This document shows, piece after piece, positions 1-6,954 of a stretch of DNA of 29,769 bases. The stretch's first letter is position 1. Every line of letters starts with the position of its first letter. Source of the stretch: a virus (taxonomy: Duplodnaviria > Caudoviricetes); the IMG/VR virus record IMGVR_UViG_3300037046_000005, positions 1 through 29,769 of that record; one strand, 5' to 3'. A program made the position numbers and the translations under genes. The notes beneath the pieces were generated by a model. That model was given only the letters and a program-made list of their open reading frames with translations, was not told the origin of the DNA and did no database searches.

Positions 1-1
1 A

Positions 2-307
2 GCCGAGGCGAAGCTGGGCTATACCCAAGAGAACCTCGGCGTAAAGCGGGCCGAGGCATTCTTCAACTGGCTCGACAAGCATGGCGTGCACGGCAGTATC
101 GGCGAGCACATCGTGCCCGGCGATTTTCCACGCCTGCTGCAGGGCAGCCACAACCTGCTGGTTGAGGCCGCACGGCGCGGCGTCGACGTCTACGTGTTTG
201 GCATGGGCGACTGGTTCAACAAGGACAACAGCACCGTGCACAACGTCGAGACGACCCGCAATAAACCCATGCTCGAGCTGGTGATGAAGCACGCCAGCGA
301 GGGCTGA
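2..307 (+). CDS. 3' part of a hypothetical phage protein (5'-truncated by window edge)
   Basis: Frame is open from position 2 (AEAKLGYTQENLGVKRAEAFFNWLDKHGVHGSIG...HASEG*), ends at TGA 305-307 and has GC3-rich codons like its neighbours. Confidence 0.75.
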   Translation, partial: AEAKLGYTQENLGVKRAEAFFNWLDKHGVHGSIGEHIVPGDFPRLLQGSHNLLVEAARRGVDVYVFGMGDWFNKDNSTVHNVETTRNKPMLELVMKHASEG

Positions 308-318
308 CGCAACCAACC

Positions 319-337
319 GCCCGTCCTAGCGACGGGC
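319..337 (+). other. Intergenic stem-loop (7-bp stem, no U tract)
   Basis: GCCCGTC-CTAGC-GACGGGC lies between the upstream stop and the GGGGGA RBS of the polymerase. Confidence 0.55.
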
Positions 338-350
338 ACCCGGGGGATAC

Positions 351-2537
351 ATGCTGCAACCACTTACCATTGACTTCGAAACCTACTACTCGACCAAGGC
401 CAACGGCGAATATTCGCTGACGTGGATGACGGCCGAGGAGTACGTGCGCGACCCACGGTTCCAAGTGATTGGGTTCTCCCTCAAGTGGGGCGACCAGCCA
501 AGCCAGTGGTACTCCGGCTCCGACGCAGAGATGTACGCGCTGCTGCACAGCGTCGACTGGTCCAACGTCATGGCGATCGGACACAACATGTCCGAGTTCG
601 ACAGCCTGATCCTCACTGAGCGGTACGGCATTCGCCCCAGGGCGTACGCCTGCACCCTACAGATGGCCCGAGCGTTGCACGCCGGCAAACAGGCCAAGAG
701 CCTGGAGAAGATGTGTGAGCTGTACGGCCTGCCGCCGAAGGGCAAGGAGGTGCTGAAGGCGGTGGACAAACGCCGCGAGGACTTCAGCCCCTATGAGCTG
801 GCAGAGTACGGCGCCTACTGTGGCAACTCGGCGTACGCCCGCAACCCGGACGGCTCACCGCGCTGGGGCGACGCCGACCTGACGTGGGAACTATTCAAGC
901 GCATGGCACCGGCAATCCCGCGCGGCGAGCTGCAGCTGGCCCACCTATCCACTCGCATGTTCGCTGAGCCGAAGCTGGCACTTGACCTACCACTGCTCCA
1001 GCAAATGCAGTTGGATATGGCGCAGCGCAAGCAGCAACTGCTGCTAAAGGTCGCAGACATTCTCAACGTGCCGCAGAGCTGCGACGTGGCGGCGCGCACG
1101 CTGGCGGTGCAGCGGCTGCTGCGTAAGGACCACGTGCTGGCCGACGTACTGACCAACCAGTACGACCTGCAGCCGCCGATGAAAGACAGCCCGAAGAAGC
1201 GCAACCCCGACGGCACGCCGGTGCGCGTGTATGCGTTCGCCAAGACCGACGAGGGTATGGACGAGCTGCTCAACTTCGACGACCCGGACGACCCGGTGGG
1301 CAGCGAGGAGATTCAGGCGCTCGCCGCGGCGCGGCTGGGGGTCAAGTCCACCCTGGCAGAGAGCCGCGTCGCCCGGTTCGTGGGCATCGCCGAGCGTGGC
1401 ATGCTGCCGGTGGCCCTGGCCTTTGGCAAGACGCACACCCACCGCCTGGCTGGCAGCCAGAAGATCAACATGCAGAACCTGTCCGGCAGCAAAGGCGTGC
1501 ACGCGCGCAGTCCGGCCGGCACTTTGATCTGGACGCCCGGCGGTATCACTAGGCTTAACAAGTACAACAAGGCAACAAACCAACTAATGGACACCAACGG
1601 CGTAATCTATAACGTCGACGAGTCCAAACACCCACAGACCGGCGCCTCCGTGCCAGGGTGTCACGTCGTCGGGCTGCGGGACTCGATCGTCGCGCCACCG
1701 GGCAAGCGGTTGGTGGTGGCGGACTCCAGCCAGATCGAGTTGCGGGTGTGCCACCTACTGGCCGGGCAGCTCGACACCGTGGAGGAACTGCGCGCTGGTA
1801 TCGACGTGTACTCCTCGTTCGCGTCTACGCTGTACGGGCGGCCGATCACCAAGGCCGACAAGAAGGAGCGCCAGCACGGCAAGGTGGGCATGCTGCAGCT
1901 GCAGTACCAGGCTGGTGGCGGGTCGTTCCGCAACGCGGCGCGGGTCATGGGTGGAGTACGCTTGACCGAGGACGAGGCGTACGGCACAGTGGACACCTAC
2001 CGCAACCGCTTCACCTATGTACGTCAGTTCTGGGAGAAGTGCCGCCGTGCCATCGTGAAGATGAGCCAGGGCGGCGGTGGCTACATCGACGAGTGGGGCC
2101 TGTGCCAGCTGGAACACAATCGCATTGTGCTGCCGGGGCGCATGCCGCTTGTCTACGAGAACCTTCGGCAGGAAATGCTGGAGGGCTTTGGCGCCCGTGG
2201 ACCTGAGATGCAGTGGGTCTACGACGACAAAGAAAAGCGGATGATGAAGAAGATTTACGGGGGCTCGGTCACCGAGAACCTGTGCCAGTGGATCGCGCGG
2301 CACGTGGTGTTCGACCAGATGCTGGAGTGCGAGCGCAAGTGGGGCAACTACAACCGGCAGGGTGTCGGTGTGGCCCTAACCGTGCACGATGAGATCGTGC
2401 TGGTGGTAGACGAGGACGACGCCGATGAGTGCCTGCGGTTCTGCCTGGACGTGATGAGCCAGCCACCGGTGTGGTGGCCGCAGCTCCCGGTCAAGGCGGA
2501 AGGCGGCATCGGCCAACGATATTCAGAAGCGAAGTGA
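351..2537 (+). CDS. Phage DNA polymerase family A (3'-5' exonuclease + polymerase domains)
   Basis: ExoI IDFETYY, ExoII GHNMSEFD, NMQNL, motif A VADSSQIELRV, motif B RQHGKVGMLQLQY, ENLCQWIAR and motif C LTVHDEIV. Confidence 0.96.
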   Translation: MLQPLTIDFETYYSTKANGEYSLTWMTAEEYVRDPRFQVIGFSLKWGDQPSQWYSGSDAEMYALLHSVDWSNVMAIGHNMSEFDSLILTERYGIRPRAYACTLQMARALHAGKQAKSLEKMCELYGLPPKGKEVLKAVDKRREDFSPYELAEYGAYCGNSAYARNPDGSPRWGDADLTWELFKRMAPAIPRGELQLAHLSTRMFAEPKLALDLPLLQQMQLDMAQRKQQLLLKVADILNVPQSCDVAARTLAVQRLLRKDHVLADVLTNQYDLQPPMKDSPKKRNPDGTPVRVYAFAKTDEGMDELLNFDDPDDPVGSEEIQALAAARLGVKSTLAESRVARFVGIAERGMLPVALAFGKTHTHRLAGSQKINMQNLSGSKGVHARSPAGTLIWTPGGITRLNKYNKATNQLMDTNGVIYNVDESKHPQTGASVPGCHVVGLRDSIVAPPGKRLVVADSSQIELRVCHLLAGQLDTVEELRAGIDVYSSFASTLYGRPITKADKKERQHGKVGMLQLQYQAGGGSFRNAARVMGGVRLTEDEAYGTVDTYRNRFTYVRQFWEKCRRAIVKMSQGGGGYIDEWGLCQLEHNRIVLPGRMPLVYENLRQEMLEGFGARGPEMQWVYDDKEKRMMKKIYGGSVTENLCQWIARHVVFDQMLECERKWGNYNRQGVGVALTVHDEIVLVVDEDDADECLRFCLDVMSQPPVWWPQLPVKAEGGIGQRYSEAK

Positions 2538-2547
2538 CGGGGGTTAC

Positions 2548-2712
2548 ATGGTAGTGAATATGAAGGCGGCCAGGCTGCGAATCGGCCTGGTCAAAGCGGC
2601 GGAAACGGCGCGGTCGCTGGCGGGGTTGGTGAAGAACCACGACGCCCGCACGCGGTTGCTGGATAAAGCAGAGCGGCTGGCACAGCGCGCGAAGGAACTG
2701 CCATGCGAATGA
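2548..2712 (+). CDS. Small basic helical hypothetical protein (54 aa; below ORF-track cutoff)
   Basis: ATG 2548 follows GGGGG. It reads MVVNMKAARLRIGLVKAAETARSLAGLVKNHDARTRLLDKAERLAQRAKELPCE*, fills the gap after the polymerase and overlaps the next start. Confidence 0.65.
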   Translation: MVVNMKAARLRIGLVKAAETARSLAGLVKNHDARTRLLDKAERLAQRAKELPCE

Positions 2713-3800
2713 TTATTGTAGGGTCGCGGGGCATCGACAGCGCCGCTGACTACGAGCGGCTCAAGGCCGCCGTGATGAAGTTCCCCAAGCCTGACGAGAT
2801 CGTCAGCGGCGGGGCCAAGGGCGTCGACAAGTTGGGCGAGCGCCTGGCTGCGGAGTTCCTGATACCGGTGAAGCAGTTCATCCCGAAGTGGCAGAACGCC
2901 GACGGCACCACCAACAAGGGTGCTGGCTTCATCCGCAACGGCGACATGGCAGTCTATGCCAGCGAGCACGACGGCAGTGTGCTGGTAGCGATGTGGGACG
3001 GCGTGAGTCGCGGCACCGCGCAGATGATCGAGGTGGCTAAGACCTACGGCCTGACCATCGAGGTCGTGGCGCCTGCTGCTGGCATCATCAAGGACGCCAC
3101 GCCGCCGGAGCCGTTCATCTTCCCGCAGTCGCACTCCTCGCTCAGCGTGTTCGAGACGTGCCCGCGCCAGTACGAGGCGAAGTACATCACCCGCGAGGTG
3201 AAGTTCGTACAAGGCGAGGCAGCGGCGTGGGGCGACAAGGTGCACCTGGCACTGGAAGGGTTCCTGCTCAGCCAGGGGCAGCAGCAACTGCCGCCGGAGA
3301 TGGTGCAGTACCAACCGCTTGGCGGTTGGGTACTCCAGCGGGCGCAGGCGAACGGCGGGATCATCCACGTGGAGCGCAAGGCCGGCGTCAAGAAGGACCG
3401 CAGCCCCAGCACCTACGGCGCCAAGGGCAACTGGCTGCAGGGAAAGATCGACGTGACGATCGTCTACCCACACATCGCCACCGCCGAGGTGTTCGACTGG
3501 AAGACGAACGAGAAGATCAAGAACGACGCGACCCAGCTGAAGATGTACAACGGGTTCACGCTTACCGACTTCCCTGACGTCGAGACGGTGCGCAGCGGGT
3601 ACGTGTGGCTCAAACACAACCAGATCGCCCCGCCGCTGGCCACGGGGCGCGACGGACTGGACGATATCTGGGCGGTGTTCCAGAGCAAGTACGACCGGCT
3701 GCGTGACGCGTATCGACGCGGGGTGTTTCCCGAGCGCCCGAACGGACTGTGCCGGAAGCACTGCGACGTACTGTCCTGCCCGCACAACGGACGTCGGTGA
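2703..3800 (+). CDS. YspA-like SLOG domain fused to Cas4/RecB-like PD-(D/E)XK exonuclease
   Basis: N-terminus has IIVGSR, EIVSGGAKGVDKLGE, AGFIRNGDMA and WDGVSRGTAQMI (YspA/DUF2493-type SLOG). C-terminus has SHSSLSVFETCPRQY, GDKVHLALE, GKIDV, FDWKT, QLKMY and CRKHCDVLSC. Confidence 0.88.
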   Translation: MRMIIVGSRGIDSAADYERLKAAVMKFPKPDEIVSGGAKGVDKLGERLAAEFLIPVKQFIPKWQNADGTTNKGAGFIRNGDMAVYASEHDGSVLVAMWDGVSRGTAQMIEVAKTYGLTIEVVAPAAGIIKDATPPEPFIFPQSHSSLSVFETCPRQYEAKYITREVKFVQGEAAAWGDKVHLALEGFLLSQGQQQLPPEMVQYQPLGGWVLQRAQANGGIIHVERKAGVKKDRSPSTYGAKGNWLQGKIDVTIVYPHIATAEVFDWKTNEKIKNDATQLKMYNGFTLTDFPDVETVRSGYVWLKHNQIAPPLATGRDGLDDIWAVFQSKYDRLRDAYRRGVFPERPNGLCRKHCDVLSCPHNGRR

Positions 3801-4279
3801 TGAAACTCCGGCAGGAAGTGCTGGACGCAATGGTCGAGCTGAGCCAGTCGGAGAACCCAGGGTGCCAGTGCCAAGTGCCTATGGCGAACCCTCCATGTGG
3901 GTGGTGCACCCATCCTGGCAACCCGGCGGCGCTGGACCACCCGGAGTCGTGGGAGAGCGAGGCTGACTTCGACGCGTTCTGGGTGGAGGTAGACCGAGCC
4001 GGCGCACTACTGAATGCGGCCGGTCTGCGGCGCGCCACGGGCGACTGGGAGTGGAACGATCTGGACAGGGGGTTCTGCGTCGGGCACGGGTGGGACGAGG
4101 ACACCAACGAACCTATGTGGTACGCAAGGAGCCTCGACGCAAAGCCGGCGTGGAGGCAGGAGTTCGGCACCGTCGAAGCTGCGCTGGTGTACGGCGTCAC
4201 CCAGGCCGCACTCAGTGAGCCTAAGCCGTACATAGGCTGGGACAAGGGGCGCTACTTCAAGGAGGAGTTCAGTGGCTAG
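3800..4279 (+). CDS. Hypothetical protein with CxC...PPCxxC motif (159 aa)
   Basis: ATG overlaps the upstream TGA (TGATG). Contains CQCQVPMANPPCGWCTHPGNP. Confidence 0.8.
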   Translation: MKLRQEVLDAMVELSQSENPGCQCQVPMANPPCGWCTHPGNPAALDHPESWESEADFDAFWVEVDRAGALLNAAGLRRATGDWEWNDLDRGFCVGHGWDEDTNEPMWYARSLDAKPAWRQEFGTVEAALVYGVTQAALSEPKPYIGWDKGRYFKEEFSG

Positions 4280-4715
4280 CACTCCAGAAGGCAAGGTCAA
4301 GGACAAGGCCAAGCTGCTGTACAAGCAGCACGGTGCCAAGTACGACCGCGCCGTCATGACGGGGATGGGCCAGAACGGCAGGGCAGACGATCTGGTCTGC
4401 CGTTCCCCCGACGGCCACTTCGGCGGCGTGGAGTTCAAGCGCGACAACGTGTGGAAAGTCAGCGCCCTCCAGCGTGTGTGGTTGCAGGACACAGAGCGTT
4501 GCGGCGGCAGTAGTATGGTCGTCAACCTGACCAATCTGGATATGCTGGGGCAGTGGCTCAGCGCCCCAGGCTGGCGGGTCAACGCCGTGTTCAACGACAA
4601 GGACACGTGCACCCACCACGTGGCGCGTTGCCACGGGCACCCCGACGTCGAGATTAAAAACCCCCAGCTTGCGCCGGGGAAAGACAGAGCATCACGGGCG
4701 AAAGCCCGGCCCTAA
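4272..4715 (+). CDS. VRR-NUC-like PD-(D/E)XK endonuclease (possible Holliday junction resolvase)
   Basis: GGAGGA RBS with GTG start. TPEGKVK...GMGQNGRADDLV...GGVEFKR...SALQRVWL matches the VRR-NUC pattern, and the gene lies just upstream of the SNF2 helicase as is typical. Confidence 0.82.
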   Translation: MASTPEGKVKDKAKLLYKQHGAKYDRAVMTGMGQNGRADDLVCRSPDGHFGGVEFKRDNVWKVSALQRVWLQDTERCGGSSMVVNLTNLDMLGQWLSAPGWRVNAVFNDKDTCTHHVARCHGHPDVEIKNPQLAPGKDRASRAKARP

Positions 4716-4736
4716 ACTACAACTGATTGGTGAGAC

Positions 4737-6308
4737 ATGCTAGTCCACAAGGAATCGAACAGTCTTATCCTCAAGCTGCGCGACCCGTCCCGCGTCACGA
4801 CCCATCTACCCTACTCGCGGGTCGTCCCGCTGGAAGGCGTGGGCAACGTGACCCAGGTGCGGTTCGGCCTGGACGAAGCGAGGGTGCTGCGCAACCTGGG
4901 GATCAACGCACCCTCCCCCATTCGCTACTTCTACCACTACCCGATGCGGGCGCCGCTGCGCCCCTTCGACCATCAAGTAACCACGGCTGAGTTCTTTACG
5001 CTCAACCGCCGGGCCATCTGCCTGAATGACATGGGCACGGGGAAGACTCTGTCCACGCTGTGGGCTGCCGACTACCTGATGGAACACAAGCAGGTGCGGC
5101 GCTGTATCGTGGTGTGCCCGAAGTCGACCATGTCCTCGGTGTGGGAGAACGAGGTGTTCTCCCACCTACTGGCCAAGCGGCACGTGCTGGTGCTGAACGG
5201 CGACCGGGCGAAGCGCCTGCGGACCCTGGCACAACCAGCTGACATTTACGTGATCAACCACGACGGGCTCAAGGTCATCGAGGACGAACTGCGCAAGCGC
5301 ACCGACATAGACCTGTGGGTGATCGACGAAGCCAGCGCGTTCCGCAACGCCCAGAGCAAGCGGCACAAGCTACTGGCCAGCCTGATCCGCCCGACGGACT
5401 ACCTGTGGTTGCTGACTGGCACGCCGTGCCCGCAGGAACCGACTGACGCGTGGGGTCTGGCCAAGCTGATGCACGGCACCGCCGTGAAGCCGCACTACTT
5501 CCGCCAGTTCAAGGAGCAGACGATGCTCCAGATCACCCAGTACAAGTGGGTGCCAAAGCCTGACGCCTTCGAGCAGGCGTACGCCATCCTGCAGCCTGGC
5601 ATCCGGTTCAAGAAGGAAGACTGCCTGGACCTGCCGGACGTCACGTTCCAGACCCTGACGTGCACCCTGTCGCCGGACCAGCAGGCCGCGTACAAGACGA
5701 TGATCACCACCCTGGTGGCGAACATCAAGGGCGTGGATATCACCGCTGCCAACGCTGCCGTGAAGATGCTCAAGCTACTGCAGGTGTGCGTCGGCTCCGT
5801 GTACGACGAGCACGGCCAGGGCTACGAGATCGACAGCTCCGACCGGCTCAAGGTGTGTGAGGAACTGTGCGAGCAGGCGGCGCACAAGGTGATTATCTTC
5901 GTGCCGTTCACCCACGCCCTCAACCAAGTGGCCCGCCACCTCAGCAAGCGGTGGACAGTAGCCACGGTAGACGGCAGCACCAGCGACTCGCAGCGCAAGC
6001 AGATATTCAACGACTTCCAGAACTCGCCCTCGCCGCGGATTCTGGTGGCCCACCCACAGACTACGGCCCACGGCCTGACGCTGACGGCGGCCGACACCAC
6101 GATCTGGTACGCGCCGGTGACCAGCCTCGAGATTTTCGAGCAGGCGAACAACCGTATGAACCGCCCGGGGCAGAAGAACAAGATGACCGTGGCGATGATC
6201 GCTGCGACTGTGCTGGAACAGAACCTGTACCAGGCATTGAAGGGCAAGCAGGACGTGCAGAACTCAGTGCTCTCGCTATTCAAGAGCGAACTGGGATTGG
6301 ATACTTGA
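4737..6308 (+). CDS. SNF2-family (SF2) DNA helicase
   Basis: Walker A DMGTGKT, Walker B VIDEAS, motif III LLTGTP, HGLTLTAAD and QANNRMNRPGQ. Confidence 0.94.
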   Translation: MLVHKESNSLILKLRDPSRVTTHLPYSRVVPLEGVGNVTQVRFGLDEARVLRNLGINAPSPIRYFYHYPMRAPLRPFDHQVTTAEFFTLNRRAICLNDMGTGKTLSTLWAADYLMEHKQVRRCIVVCPKSTMSSVWENEVFSHLLAKRHVLVLNGDRAKRLRTLAQPADIYVINHDGLKVIEDELRKRTDIDLWVIDEASAFRNAQSKRHKLLASLIRPTDYLWLLTGTPCPQEPTDAWGLAKLMHGTAVKPHYFRQFKEQTMLQITQYKWVPKPDAFEQAYAILQPGIRFKKEDCLDLPDVTFQTLTCTLSPDQQAAYKTMITTLVANIKGVDITAANAAVKMLKLLQVCVGSVYDEHGQGYEIDSSDRLKVCEELCEQAAHKVIIFVPFTHALNQVARHLSKRWTVATVDGSTSDSQRKQIFNDFQNSPSPRILVAHPQTTAHGLTLTAADTTIWYAPVTSLEIFEQANNRMNRPGQKNKMTVAMIAATVLEQNLYQALKGKQDVQNSVLSLFKSELGLDT

Positions 6309-6334
6309 CATACTTTGTGCAGTAGGTGTAAACT
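6305..6334 (+). promoter_or_regulatory. Sigma70-type promoter
   Basis: TTGACA (6305-6310), 18-nt spacer, TAAACT (6329-6334), in an intergenic gap upstream of ATG 6366. Confidence 0.7.
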
Positions 6335-6365
6335 GAGCGCACACCAACCAACTGAGGGCGGAAAC

Positions 6366-6938
6366 ATGCAGAACGTACAGAACAACCCGGTCCACATGGA
6401 CCCAGACGGTAGCTGGTGGTTTTACAACGAAACGTGGGACGGACGCTACGGCCCGTACCCAACGCCAGAGGATGCAAACGCCAAGCTGCAGGAGTACACA
6501 GCGTGGCTGAACTCCCAGGTCGAGCAGAAACAGCCGGCAACTGAGCAGGCGCCGAGCGAGCTGGAGCTGTCGGCAGCTGAGTACATTCGGCTCCGCGAGC
6601 TGAAGGCCGAGATCGCAGCCCGGCACAAGAAGGAGCTGGCGGAGGTGGAGAGCCAGCTGGACACTGTGGACTCGTTCCTCCTTGGCAAGCTACAGGAACT
6701 GGGCGTCGACTCGGTGAAGGCCGGCGGCGCCACCGTCTACTTCCAGACCGAGATGCGCGCCAACATCGCAGACAAGGGAGCCTTTATGGATTTCATCCGA
6801 GAGCGTGGGCAGCCTGAGCTGCTTCAGACTCGAGTGAGCAGCACCGTCCTCCGTGAGTTCATGGAGGCGAACGGTGGACACACCCCGCCAGGTGTGACCG
6901 CCAACTTCGAACGCGTCATCCGTGTACGCAAGGCATGA
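6366..6938 (+). CDS. Conserved phage replication-module protein (190 aa) with extra N-terminal aromatic-rich mini-domain
   Basis: GAGGG RBS with ATG 6366. The C-terminal part (YIRLRELK...GVDSVKAGGATVY...AFMDFI...LLQTRVS...PPGV...VRK) resembles a protein commonly found beside SSB-like genes. Confidence 0.8.
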   Translation: MQNVQNNPVHMDPDGSWWFYNETWDGRYGPYPTPEDANAKLQEYTAWLNSQVEQKQPATEQAPSELELSAAEYIRLRELKAEIAARHKKELAEVESQLDTVDSFLLGKLQELGVDSVKAGGATVYFQTEMRANIADKGAFMDFIRERGQPELLQTRVSSTVLREFMEANGGHTPPGVTANFERVIRVRKA

Positions 6939-6954
6939 TCAGGAGTCATACCAC

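Noticed and set aside
1482-1673. Functional intein in the polymerase
   Set aside because: Too short, no N-terminal Cys at the block A position and no C-terminal His-Asn; kept only as a possible remnant.
2544-3830. 428-aa antisense ORF opposite the SLOG-nuclease gene
   Set aside because: A stop-poor shadow frame expected from GC3-biased coding; no motifs, and the + strand gene is well supported.
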